A DNA stretch of 64,000 nt from Camelus dromedarius (lineage: Eukaryota), in the NCBI RefSeq assembly GCF_036321535.1, contig NC_087436.1, positions 70,930,001-70,994,000 of the forward strand. The letters run 5' to 3'. Positions 1-12,099 of the stretch are shown piece after piece (position 1 is the stretch's first letter; every line of letters begins with the position of its first letter). The notes under the pieces were generated by a model. It ran no database searches. It saw nothing but the letters and a program-made list of their open reading frames with translations, and had not been told where the DNA came from. The translations under genes were made by a program, and so were the position numbers.

Positions 1-29
1 AAACAACAACAAAAACAAACTTAATACAT

Positions 30-245
30 GGATTTAAAAGTCAGGAATAATGCTTACCTTTTGAGATTTAGTAATTGGGAGAAGGCAGGGGTTTTCTGAG
101 GGTTCTAATGATAGTCTATTTCCTGGAATGAGTACAGCTAATTACAAGGATGTACAGCTAATTAGTACAGCTAATTTCACTTTGTAAAAAACACCTTGAG
201 CTATAAATTTGTGTACTTTTCTGTACATATATTTTTATAAAAAAT
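30..245 (+). mobile_element. Old L1M 3' UTR terminus
   Basis: Resembles ancient L1 3' end (...gtgtacttttctgtacatatattttt then A-rich). Confidence 0.55.
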
Positions 246-274
246 TCAAAGAAAGTTGGTTGAATTGGTCTAAC

Positions 275-346
275 ATAGTAAATATTAGTGTTGCTTCTGC
301 CAGTAGTTCTGGGTTCCAGCATATTTGGCCATTTCCCAATACTTAG
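275..346 (-). pseudogene. Possible exon, phase 2->2: *VLGNGQICWNPELLAEATLIFT
   Basis: TATTTTCTTGAAG| acceptor, weak GTTAGA donor; 72 nt. Confidence 0.35.
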
Positions 347-905
347 CTTCAAGAAAATACTCTGAATATGATAATAGAGGTTTTGAAATGGAAAACTTAG
401 TGTCATTTGCAAGTGGCTTAGAGAAGAAAACCAATAAAACTTGATTTCACCAAAAGAAGGTTCAGATGGGGAAAAAAAGGATGATTAAGTCAAAATTAAA
501 GACATCAAGTACTGGAAGAAAACAGCAGTATAAATTTTTATGAACATGTCAGAGAAGGTTCTTCTAGATAGAATATCCAACTCATAAACCTTATAATGAA
601 AGTATGACAGTTTTGAGTGTATTAAAAATTTAAAACCCCATAAAGTCCAAGGTTTTTTCTATTTTACTTATTAGTATGTCAGCTAAATCCATAGAATATT
701 ACATATAAGTATAAAAAAGATGAATCCAATTAAAACTAGAATGCTCTACAGTTAAAAAGGAATGAGGGAGATCTTCAAGGAGAGAAACTATCTCACCAAA
801 CCATAGCTTGCAGTAGAATTAATATAATTTTGAAGAAACAAAATTATAACCATTTAACAAATGAATATGTTTGTGCCAACTTCTTTCTGTAAGCGTGTTA
901 CTCAC

Positions 906-924
906 CCAAGCACAGAACGTCTCC
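906..924 (-). pseudogene. Micro-exon, phase 1->2: (G)RRSVL(G)
   Basis: AATCTAG| acceptor, TGG|GTGAGT donor; 19 nt. Confidence 0.45.
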
Positions 925-1021
925 CTAGATTTTACATTTATTACTCATGAAAGAAGTAATGCTGGCACATTCTCTGGTGAGTTGATGATATTTCACAGCT
1001 GCTTAGATAATATTCCCTTAC

Positions 1022-3654
1022 CGTGATTGGTGATTTCTCTTCTCAGTGCAATTGGCGAGGATAATAAATTTTCCTCTAATTACCAACTATATTCCTCTCA
1101 GTTGGCTAATTCCTTCCCAGTTGTAAACTTTGAAGAAGCAGGTCAGATACTCTGTGTGACCTGAAGTAATCTGGGCCATATACAACCCTATTGCCTTCAG
1201 AATGTAGCTATTTTGAAACTCTTGTCGCAGTAACAGTATGAGACTGACTGAATATAATACTGGCTAGGAAATATGGAAAATCCCATAATTGTATTGACCG
1301 TTCTGAATATATTTATTTATATGGCATTATTATAAATGATTCCTCTAACATATCATTGTTAATGAAAGTGTATAAATAATTTCTAAATGTGTTGTTGCAA
1401 ATGGCAGAATTTCCTTCTTTCTTAGGCTCAGTAATGATCTAGGGGTGTGTGTGTGTGTGCACATATGTATGTGTATGTGTGTATATATATTACATTTTTA
1501 TCCGTTTATCCACTGATGGACACTTAGGTGGTTTTCATTTCTTGGCTGCTGTGAATAATGCTGCAGTGAACATGAGAGTACTGTTATCATTTGAATATTG
1601 TTTATATTTCCTTTGGCCATATGCCCAGAAGTTGGATTGCTGAATTATACCGTAACTTCTATTTTTAATTTTTTGAGGAATCTCCATACTGTTTTCCATA
1701 AAGGCTGCAACAGTTTACATTCCCACCGACAGTGTACAAGGATCCTCTCTTCTCCCCATCCTTGTCAACACTTGTTATCTATTGTCTTTTTGATAGTCAT
1801 TCTAACAGGTATATCATTGTGGTTTTGATTTGCATTTCCCTGATGATTCCTGATGTTAAAAACCTTTTAATGTACCTGCTGGTCATCTGTATCACTTCTT
1901 TGGAAAAATGTCTATTCAGTTTCTCTGCCCGCTTTTTAATTGTATTGTTTTTGTCATTGAGTTGTATGAGTTCTTCACATATTTTGGATATTAACTCTTA
2001 TCAGATATGTGGTTTGCAAGTATTTTCTTCCATTCAATTGGTTGCCTTTTCTCTCTTTCTTTCTGTCTTTCAATGTTTCTCTCTTTCTTCCTTTCTTGTT
2101 TTCTTGTTTGTTTTTTTGCTGTTCAGGAGTTATTTAGTTTAAGGTAGTCCCATTTATTGCTTTTTGCTTTTGTTGCTTGTGCTTTTGGTGTCACATCCAA
2201 AAAAATCATTGCCAAGACCAGTGTCAAGGAGCTTTTTCCCTTTTTTTTTTTTTCTATGAGTTTTATTGTTTCAGATCTCATGTTTAAGTCTTTAACTCAT
2301 TTTGAGCTAATTTTTGTGAGTGGTATGAAATAGGAGTGCAGTTTAATTTTTCTGCATGTGGTCATCCCGCTTTCACAACACCATTTATTAAAGAGACTAT
2401 CCTTTTCCCTTTGAGTAGTCTTGGCTTCCTTGTCAAATATTAGTTGTCCATGTATGTGGGGATTTGTTTCTAGGTTCTCCATTCTATTCCATTGATCTTT
2501 GTGTCTGTTATGTTTATAAAATACTGTTTTGATCACTGTAGTTTCATAGTATAGTTTGAAATCAGGAAGTGTGGTACCTTTGGCTTCATTATTTCTCTAT
2601 ATTGCTTTGGCTATTCAAGATGTTTTGTGTTTTCACACAAATTTTAGGATTTTTTTTTCAATTTCTGTGAAAAATGTCATTGGAAATTTGGTAGGGGTTG
2701 CACTGAATCTATAGATGGTTTTGAGTAATCTGGACATTTTAACAATATTAATTATTCCATGAACATGGAGTATCTTTCCATTTGTGTCTTCTTCAATTTC
2801 TTTAAGCAAAATCTCATAGTTTTTGTTGTACAGATCATTCCCTTCCTTGGTAAAATTTGTTCCTAAGTATTCTGTTGTTTCTAATGCTATTGTGAATGGA
2901 ATAGTTTTCTTTGTTTTACAAATGTTTCATTGTTAGTGTATAGAAACACAACCATTTTCTGTATGTTGATTTTATAATATTGCCGTTGCAATTAGATATT
3001 TTCTGTATTTTCACAGACTGAGTGAGTTCTTGGAAATTTTTCATTTCCTTTGGCATTAAGGTCAATTTTGTACACAATATTTTGGATGAGCAATGATGTA
3101 TGAAGAAAATCTAATTCCCTCGATCAAATCTTTTGTGTGAGGTCCTATTCACCACCTATTTGTTGGTTTAACTTCATTTCCTTTCTCAAGTATTGGGACT
3201 AAGTAAAATAAATGGGAGTGAGGGTAAGAGAAGAGAATACTACTTAAAATTTTCCAATTGGGATATTTTGTCTGCTGATTTAAATTTTCATTTTTAAACA
3301 TTATCTTTTAGGTACTTTTGCCATTTTTGAGTAAATTCTGAATCTTTCAGATTTCTTCTTCTTTTACCAAGATGTCAGAATATTTATTGACATTGTGGCA
3401 ATGAAAAAGATTTCTCAGTTTTCAGAGTGGTCCCTCCATAATCTATGTTCTAGGAAGGCTGGTGTGTTGCCATACTTGATTGGTATTGATGTCCCTGTAA
3501 TGGTGGTTTTCACTTTTCCACTTAAATTTTCAATACTAAATTTTGTTGAACAGCAAAAGTTTTGGGGTTTTTTGGACAATAAAAAGAATACTCCCTCATT
3601 AAATTCCAAACATAATATTTAAGTAAATCAAGTCCTGTTTTTTACTTTCCATAG
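1022..3654 (-). pseudogene. Large decayed exon apparently split by an L1 (unique parts ~2976-3654 and 1022-~1389)
   Basis: ATTTTATAG| acceptor (phase 1, AMESKKQD...), includes ORF-track 3415..3609; ACG|GTAAGG donor at 1021; protein-like open stretches on both sides of the L1. Confidence 0.5.
1390..2975 (-). mobile_element. LINE-1 fragment (ORF2 C-terminal region into 3' UTR)
   Basis: Minus-strand ORF2 remnant KDQWNRMENLETNPHIHGQLIFDK...KDSLFNKWC; typical antisense L1 motifs. Confidence 0.95.
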
Positions 3655-4349
3655 CTATAAAATATTATTTTTTATATATCATTATCTTCAGAAATATGTA
3701 TGACATATAAATGAGATCATGAAGGAGAAATGAGTTTTTCCCACAATTTAATTTATTGAGAAACCCTTTTAACACTGATACTTTATAGGAATCAAGTAGA
3801 TGAAAAATGATTTACAAGGCTTTTAGAAATGTATCTAGATAGAAAAAATATGCTTTGAAGATAAATTATCAATAAAATAATTGATAAATTAGTGTCAGTA
3901 AAAAAAAAAAAAAAAAAGAAGATTTACTCCTTAACTCATTATTAAATTCTGCAGTTGTGGAAAGCTGGAGGGCCTGATAGATAGATCATTTAAAGTGAAG
4001 GAATAATTAGTTGTTTTAAGGGATTTGGGCTGGGGGCTGATGTTGATTTTCTAGTCTGTTTGCTATGAAGTTTCTCAGAATATCTCCAGAGACTGATTCT
4101 GAAGCAAAGTGCTGGGAGGAAGACATTTTGTAGACCAGCAGGTGGGAATTCTATCCAGTAAGACCCTTAATAATCATAGTGTTACACTCTGAAAAGAGCT
4201 GCAGTCAGAAAGTGGACATGGCGTCAAATTTGATTCCAAGATTAGACTATTCCTATCTTTGTACCTCAAAGAATACTTTAAGTTATTATAATTATAATAA
4301 TAGTAACAATGAAAAATAATTTATAATAATGAAAAATAATTATATTGAA

Positions 4350-4575
4350 TATTAGAGCTTTTTATTTAGTGCTCATTATGCAACATTTAATATGCTAGGT
4401 TTTTTTGTGTTAAGTATCTCATTTAATTCTAACAGCCTCATGAAGTTGGTAGTATCATTACCGACCAATTTACAAAGGAAGAAATTGAAGATCAAGGTAA
4501 CAGGTAGTGAAAGTTAGAACCAAGATTTATATCCAGTGATCTGACTCCAATGCATTCTCTTAATCGTTACTACAT
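4350..4575 (-). mobile_element. MIR SINE
   Basis: ctcatttaattctaacagc...tttacaaaggaagaaattga core. Confidence 0.7.
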
Positions 4576-4579
4576 TTTT

Positions 4580-5640
4580 GTAACTGAAAGTTTTATTGAG
4601 GTAATTGTAGGCTGACATGAAGTTTGAAGAAACTATAGTCATTTCTGTATGTGTGTATTAAGTTCCATTTTATCTCCTGTGTAGGTTTAGCTAAGATACT
4701 GAACAATTCTAATATCAAAAGTGTCTTTGTCAATTTGGGCTGTATAACAAAAATACTCTAGACTGAATGGTTTAAAGAAGAAACATTTTTCACACTTTTG
4801 GGGGCTGGCAAGCCCAAGATCAAGGTGTTGGCGAATTAAGTGTCTGGTGAGAGCCTGCCTCTTAGTTTATACATGGCCATCTTCTGCTTCTTCCTCACTT
4901 GGCACAGAGAGGGAACTGTTGGGCTCCTTATCCCCTTAGAAGGACACCAGTCCCACCCATCATGGGGACTTCACCTCCATGATCCTATCCAAACATAATT
5001 ACCTCCTAAAAGCCCCACCTCCAAACACTGTCACATCAGGATTAGGCTTCAACATGTGAATTTTGGGGCAAACACAAACATTAATCCATCACAATAAAGA
5101 TCTTGATACATATATAGAAATATCTCCCTGTGGTTTTATTTTTGCATTTTCCCCTTGGTTAATGATATGGAACATCTTTTGATAAGCTTATTTGCTTTCT
5201 GTATACCCTCTCTAGTGAAATGTCCATGTCTTTTACCAATTTTCTAATTCGACTATTTTTTAATGTTGAATTTTGAGAGTTTTAATATTTTAGGTACTAA
5301 TCCTTTGCCAGATATGTGGTTTGTAAATATTTTCTCCCTGCCTGTGGTTCTTTTTCATCATCTTCCTGTGATCTTTCACAGAGTGCAAGTTCTAAATTTT
5401 GATGAGGTTAATTTATTAGTTTTTCCTTTTATGAATTGTCCTTTTGGTGTCAAAACTAAGACCTCTTTGCCTTACACTAGATCCTGAAGATTTTCTCTTG
5501 TGTTTTTTCATTAAAGATTTATAGTTAACATTTTACATTTAAGTCTATGTTCGTTTTGAGGTAATTATTCTGTAAATTGTAACATTTATATAAAAGTTTA
5601 TTTTTTTGCCTAGGGATATCCAATTATTCGAGCACCACTA
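4580..5640 (-). mobile_element. Old L1 3' fragment interrupted by an MLT1 LTR
   Basis: L1 antisense motifs at 4580-4720 and 5095-5640. Confidence 0.8.
4722..5093. mobile_element. MLT1 (MaLR) solo LTR
   Basis: gggctgtataacaaaaatact...aagcccaagatcaaggtgttggc...gcttcaacatgtgaattttgggg. Confidence 0.85.
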
Positions 5641-6020
5641 AGTGAAACAGACAACTACATTTTTAAATAATTATAAATTCGACTGTACTAATTGTCTCAA
5701 TAAAGGAGATACCTATTCTCTTTGAAATAGCAGAGGGCTTTCCTTTTGATGCCATTGTCAGAATAACTGGAAAGGGTGGGGCCTACATGACACAGGGACA
5801 AATCACAATTGTCTGTGACTGAGCCCTGACCCATGCTGTTCACATCACTGCATCTTTTACATCTGGTCCAAAGTAATCAAGATACATCTTCCCCTATGCT
5901 TATTTCTCTAGTATTTTCCCATTCCTTTGGTAAACCTCCTCTCAAATACCCATCTAGATCATGTGATTGATCTGTGTCTGCTCTTAGATTGGAGAACATT
6001 AAATACAGCAACCATCTTAC

Positions 6021-6621
6021 CTTGATTATTTGCTTTAGATGTTAGCATGTAGTTTTGTCTATTTTAAAATATTATACTTCTCTTTAGACAGAAGAAGTCA
6101 TTTTGCATACTATTGCCATGATCATAAAGTTTCATAGTATCAGGAAATAAAGGGAAAAATCTTTTTACGAGCTTTGAATAAGAGAGATAAATAACTCCCT
6201 ACATTTTTTTTTTATAAATTCCCTTCATGAATATATGGCTAGCAAATGCTTTCATCCATAAATGTGTTGGCTGAGTTTTCTTGGTAAGTGGATCGGATAA
6301 TTTTGATCCTCATTTGAAAGCATAAATGATTGAATTCATGCAAGTTAGAATATGAAGTTCTGGCGATCTGAGGAAAGGCAGGTTACCATAATCTGTTATT
6401 CTCTCTGTTAAAACTGTCTGAACACATGAGTCCTCTGCCTGTGCAACTATCAACCTCATAGCTAATTGTAAGGTCTTCGAATCACATTTCTGAATTTGCC
6501 TCTGTTAGAATTTTTGGCCATGGACCTACATTAAAGGCAGATTTGTTCTTGCTCATTTCTCCTGCCCAGATTACTCACAGTCTGATTCACTCATTAATTG
6601 TTCTTTTTATCCTCGATTTAT
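6021..6621 (-). pseudogene. Large decayed exon: ...KCDSKTLQLAMRLIVAQAEDSCVQTVLTERITDYGNLPFLRSPELHIL...NYMLTSKANNQ
   Basis: TTTTTTCTGTGTTTTATCCAG| acceptor, AAG|GTAAGA donor; 601 nt (net +1); about 160 codons in one frame with only 3 stops in AT-rich DNA. Confidence 0.65.
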
Positions 6622-6943
6622 CTGGATAAAACACAGAAAAAAGTCTTCTCTGAAGCAGAAAACAAGCCAAAATTTAAAAGCTAAACATCAGAACCAGTGA
6701 CTTGTCTCTTAGATTTGGCAAAGGCCCAGGCAAGGCACTTCAAGTAGCTGTATCATTATCTCTGTTCTCTGTACCTAAATCTACCTTGATTATCATCCAT
6801 TATTCCTCTACCTGATGGAATGGGGTTCTTTGTCCATAAAAATTAGCCTGCCTGTTGTTGTGGAGCATTCTTCATAGCTATCCCCTTTGTAGTGACATTT
6901 TCTATAAAACTTTGATATTCTCAATCAGAAGGAAAGTGCTTAC

Positions 6944-7014
6944 CTTCAGAAAGCATGAAAGTTTCAGTGACAAGAATATCCCTGCTTACTGCACGTATCT
7001 GTGACAAAATCTCC
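6944..7014 (-). pseudogene. Exon with -1 frameshift: EILSQIRAVSRDILVTETFMLSE
   Basis: AAG|GTAAGC donor; weak ACATAG| acceptor after a 70-nt intron; 71 nt (72 expected). Confidence 0.55.
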
Positions 7015-7084
7015 CTATGTTTTAAGTCAACCAAGTATATTTGTCCAATAGAGTCTGGTCAAGGGAGTGTCAATTTCCACTCAC

Positions 7085-7123
7085 CATTGAACTCTTTTTG
7101 CCTCCGCTTATGTTTCTCTCTGC
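7085..7123 (-). pseudogene. Exon, phase 1->1: REKHKRRQKEFN, open
   Basis: TTCTTTTTCAAG| acceptor, ATG|GTGAGT donor; 39 nt. Confidence 0.7.
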
Positions 7124-7310
7124 CTTGAAAAAGAATGAATTTATAGATTCAGTCCTGCATTTATAAGGGTATCTTGACAAGGATATTTTGAGATGCTTTT
7201 CCCATTTGTGGTAACATAAACTCCCGATTCCACTCTTAACTCTTCCCAGCTTCAGTATAATCGACAAACGAAAACTTCTAATTACATCCTATTTAGTTTC
7301 TAAAGTGCAC

Positions 7311-7420
7311 CTTCCAACTTGTAATCATGTTTAACAGGATGTAATGTCAGATGCAGTAAGTTGTAATAGAATCTGCCATAAGAAACTGAATTTAGCAGCT
7401 TTTCCAATGACACACAAATC
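7311..7420 (-). pseudogene. Exon, phase 2->1: ICVSLEKLLNSVSYGRFYYNLLHLTLHPVKHDYKLE(G), open
   Basis: Strong TTTTCCTTTTCGTTTGTTTTTAG| acceptor, weak AAG|GTGCAC donor; 110 nt; the only open frame matches both neighbours' phases. Confidence 0.7.
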
Positions 7421-8779
7421 CTAAAAACAAACGAAAAGGAAAACAATAGTTTTGTAAAGGAAGCTAAATAAACATAACTATATTCAGGCATTGTATTTGT
7501 AAACCCACTTTTTTTTAGATATAATTTAGCAATAAACAGAATTAATCAGAGAAAATACTGGTGTTGGGTCATATTTCAACAACCAATACAGCGAAAAAGA
7601 CATACAGTATTCAACTAAAAGGAATGGACCCCTTAGCCTGTCATAATGAGGGAACAGGGCTAAGAGAGACACAGAGAGGGAGATTCAAAGCCAGAGCTAG
7701 ACTCCTGGTTTTCTGTCTCCAGATCAGTTGCTATTTTGCACTATATATAGCTTATTAAACTGAGTTTTAATTTTATTGAGCTTAATAGTTGTTCTACTGC
7801 TTGACTGGATGTTGGAAGTGTATGTGGACATACTAGTCACCTGTATGCCTGTCACCTACAAATCCACTGTGGTTTGCAAGGCTGAGACTTTTTTTTTTTT
7901 TTTTAAGAGAAGAGAAAAGGGAAGGGAAGTGAGAAGGAAATGTGGGTCTTTTGACCATTTGTTTCAATACTGAAATTTTGACGAAACTTTCCCATGTTAT
8001 ACACAAGGGTGTTAGAACATCCTACGCAGTTAAGTGTAGCTCCTGAGAATGAGAGAACTAGATGGAGTTTATTCTGTATGTAAGGTTATCCCATTCAGTT
8101 GGTAACTAAAATGCTTTAGGAAAAGGCATTTCAGTGTTAAAAATACAGATGATTAAAAACAGACTTGAAGAGTCAAGAATAGCTTCCCTAAGTATTTGCT
8201 TCTTCCATTCAAAACAAAACAAAACACAGGGCAAACATCAAGAAAAAATTTATGCATAAGCTCCCGGAGTCGAATTTCCATGTAACCAGTAACCTAAGCA
8301 GTAAATTGTTTTGCTGACTTTTAAAAGCCCTTAATGTGGTAGTAAATCCACAGTGAAGTACAGAGATCTATAAGAATATAAGAAAAACAGAGGTCTCTTT
8401 TTGTTTAGGATTTGTGCTGATTTCTTTTTAGTATTTTGATTTTTGTGTTTTTAAAACTTTTTTTGCTTGTGTTCAGAGGTTTTTTTATTCCCAGAATGTT
8501 TTGTAAGATTTTTGGCTATCTCAGTTCAGCTCATAAAATTAAAGTGAAGCTACAGCAAAAAATGGTCAATTTGTTGGCAGTTTAGAACTGAAAGACATAA
8601 ATATCCTGGGGCCATATTCAATTTGAATCCCAACTGATGTATGAAATTTCCTTGACCTTCTTGAGGATAGTCACATAAGCTAAGGTATCTTTCTTTCTTT
8701 TTCAGAACAATTGCAAAAACAAACAAACAAACAAAAAAAAACCCAACTTGTATTTATCTCAAGGAGAACAAGCTCTGTA

Positions 8780-9170
8780 AGTACATTTGGAAAACCTGAG
8801 CTTCAGTCTAGCTTCTCCTTGGGAAGTAAATGTGTGACTTTGGTAAATAGTTGAGCTTATTTGAGCCCTATGTTCTTCTTAACCTTAGGATCAAAATAAT
8901 AGTATAAATTTTATAGTTAGAAATGACATGAGTTGAAAGCAGTTCACAAATTATATTAGGTAGAAACAGCATGGGAATTGGAATTAGAATGCCTAGTCAG
9001 GGCATCCAGGTTAGGCCCTGACTTCTCCACATATGTGTTGAAAAATTGAACTCCCTGAACTTCTGTATTTCCTAATTTTACTTATAATAAAACTGTATAG
9101 GATTGCTGTGAGGCATAGATAGGTACAGATATACATATATATATTTTAAGTGTCATGCAAATTTCTTCTA
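8780..9170 (+). mobile_element. Two degraded MIR fragments
   Basis: tgtgtgactttggtaaat...; aggattgctgtgagg core motifs. Confidence 0.5.
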
Positions 9171-9198
9171 TTATGAAGCACTGAGGCTTTATAAATAC

Positions 9199-9220
9199 CA
9201 CACACACACACACACACACA
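9199..9220 (+). repeat. (CA)n microsatellite
   Basis: Directly visible. Confidence 0.9.
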
Positions 9221-9769
9221 GATCTCATAAATATTATATAATGTACTCACCATGAACTCTTACACACTTTATAGCACTTACTCAGTTGCTCATAATGTGC
9301 TTGATGTTCTTTGAATTGAATTTAGAGCCACTGTGCAAGCCAAACGGGAAAATTAATCTTATTGGCTATTAAACCCTGACAAACTAAGTCCAAAATATTA
9401 GATTCTTCCCACATAAGTTTCCTAAGCTCATTCCAGAAGTGAAGCCATAAGAATATGATTATGTGTGATTTGGGGTGGTCCATTTAAAATCATTTAACCT
9501 CAAAGCTGAGTCCATTAAAGGAGGAACAAATTTAATTTTAATAAAATATACTTCTGATAGAGGCAGGAAGGTAGAGGAGGGCAATGGAGAGTAATTTACA
9601 AGTGAATAAATAAATGTACCAGACATTACCAAGGTAAAGACAAAAAAAATACATAAACAAACAAAAAAATTGTACTCATTAATCTATCTGGCACCGATTC
9701 TGGAATAAAAGTTGAGCTTGAGAGTTAATTCAGGTTATGCCAGGAATGCTGTAGTAGCTACCTTGTATT

Positions 9770-9890
9770 TTATGGGTGGTGAACCTTGTGCTCAGAGAGC
9801 TCAAGATAATTACCTTGAATTTCACAGCCAGCAAGTGGCCAAACTAGGATTCAAATCAGTACTTTCTGATCTCAGGGCTCCTGCTGTAGA
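9770..9890 (-). mobile_element. MIR fragment
   Basis: gctcagagag...cacagccagcaagtggccaaactaggattcaaatc. Confidence 0.6.
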
Positions 9891-10819
9891 CACATAGGTC
9901 CTACTGTTTAAGTAGATAATTGAATGGATCAGTTTAAAAATAAAGTAGTCTGTGAATAGAAAATATTGTGGAGTTGATCTTTCTTCTTCTAGTTTAGAAA
10001 GATATCCAGTAATGCCCTTGCATAGATGGAAAATTCCCATTCACACGGCAGTTTTCAGGCATGTCTACTTTTATACCTGAACATGACAAGAGAAGGAGCC
10101 AGTATTGTCAGGTTGTGCCAGGAAGTTACCAAAACCATGTTTGTATACACATCTGGGAGAACCAGCCAAAACTCCTAACAGGATCCTGCAGGAGTCAATA
10201 AGCTAATCCCTTAAAAGCTTGAGAAAGATCCAAAGAAGATTTGCATTTCCTATTTTTGTCTCCAGCTCTTCATGACAATATTTTGAGTGACATTTCATAA
10301 TAATGCACTAAGAAGAAAGAGATGCTTTCTTTTGTCAGAATGTGAATTGTTGCTTTAGAAAGAAGAGCAATTTATTTTCTGAATGAACAAATATTTGCAT
10401 ATTAGAGTAATTGACTCTTTTATGGATTCTTTTCCTACCCACAGTTTAAATTTGTTACATATAGCCCAATTTCTTATATAACTTACCACTGAGTTTTTTT
10501 AAAAAAAAAGTATAAAAGTAGCCTGTCATATAGGTGTAGGATATTAGAATAACCATAAATGTTATATTTGAACATTCATTTTAGTTCTTCCAGCCCCCAT
10601 GACAAAAGAGGAAATATATTTTTTAAATTCTCAGAGAAGAAAAATTAACACACATACCAACTTATTCTCATCTTTGGAACAAAATACAGAATGCTGATCA
10701 CTCGTTGTAAAATCTCAGATGCATGTGACTTTTCTACTCACTGCCCTGATTTATTTTGTGGACTGTTAATTATTTTTGATTTGAGCAATGAATGACAGGA
10801 CCAATAAAAGGTGACTACC

Positions 10820-11150
10820 ATGGCTGCCAAGTGGCTCCAATGACCACTTATATGCCAACAAATCTCAGTTATATATTTTCTCCCTCAGTGTTCTTTTTAT
10901 ATTCTTTATCTCAGTGAATGAAATTATCCTCTCTAGTTGTTTAAAACAGAAACTTTGACATAATCCTTAACTCCTTTTCTATCACTCTACTATCTTCCCT
11001 ACGTTCAATTGGTCAGTAGGATCTTTTGATGTCATCTCCTTGACATCTCTTCAGTTTTTTGCATTCTTCCTGGTATATATGCCACTATCCTAATTCAGGC
11101 CATTATCCTCTCCAGTAACTTCTAAGTGCTTTCCTTCTTTCCCCCACCCC
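10820..11150 (+). mobile_element. L2 LINE fragment
   Basis: ccacttatatgccaacaaatctc...atctcagtgaatg, resembles L2 3' region. Confidence 0.6.
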
Positions 11151-11214
11151 GTTCCCCTTACTTTATTCAGTTCTGTTTCTTGGCATTTCTTACCAGCTTT
11201 TTCTCTTTTGACAG

Positions 11215-11857
11215 TGATGCAGGAAAAAAGTGGGGCAAGAGGATGACTGTGTCTCAGGTCTTGGTTGAGTCCCTGGGATTTGCCCCACCAAGTGTGGGTC
11301 CTTAGCTTCCCACAGGAAAGAATTCAAGAGTGAGCCACAGTTGAGTAAAGGTAGATTTATTCAGAGAGATACATGCTCCACAGACAGAGTGCAGGCTGTT
11401 TCAGAAGGCAAGAGAAAGGCCACGAGGTGTGGTGGTTGGGTGCTCTAAAGTAAAAGTAGATACACACTCCATAGACGGAGTGCTGGACATCTTGCTCAGA
11501 AGGGAGAGTGGCTTAGGAGACACATACTCCATAAACAGTGCAGGCCATCTCAGAAGGCAAGAGAGAGAGCAGGGTTGTTAGATTTTATGGGCTCAATAAT
11601 TTCATATACTAACAAGTAAGATTATTCCAACTATTTTGGGGAAGGGGCAGGGTTTTTCAGGAATTGGGCCCCTGTCCAGTTTTGGACCTATTATGGTCAG
11701 CATAGGAACTGTCATGGTGCCTGTAAGTGTACCATGAGGCTCAAGATCTACTGGATGTCGAAACTTCTGCCATGTTGGTTCTAACAAGTTTATCCTGCCC
11801 TCAATTTCTGTGTCACTCCTTCAGTAGTTGTGCCCCGCCAACTTCTCTCCTGTCTCC
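11215..11857 (-). mobile_element. ERV1-type solo LTR
   Basis: Begins TG; 4-bp TSD ACAG on both sides; AATAAA and TATA-like motif on minus strand; resembles laurasiatherian ERV1 LTRs. Confidence 0.8.
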
Positions 11858-12099
11858 ACAGGAAATGTTTTTTTTCTCTATATCTATAATACCATCCATC
11901 TCTTTACTATTGACAACTATTACTTTAACTATATCCCATCCTTTTGCTTGAAGGCTTTCCTGGAACTCATTGAACATCTGTTCTAATTTGGATATAGCTT
12001 TCTATAACTGCTATGAAACTCTTATCCTAGTAAAATTTTTCTTCTCATGGGAATTCCTGGTTCCATGCCACTGTTTCTTATTGCCTACATATTTTCTTC

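Noticed and set aside
131..176. Three copies of gtacagctaatt (CRISPR-like look)
   Set aside because: Short slippage duplication inside an old L1 3' UTR in a mammalian genome; no spacers or cas genes.
6021..6621. Assignment of the fossil gene to LRRC37-, C2CD6- or CCDC168-like families
   Set aside because: Only vague compositional resemblance; no diagnostic motif match, so no gene symbol is given.
10060..10200. About 46-codon plus-strand ORF after ttttcag; considered as a processed pseudogene
   Set aside because: No recognisable parent, poly-A or TSD.
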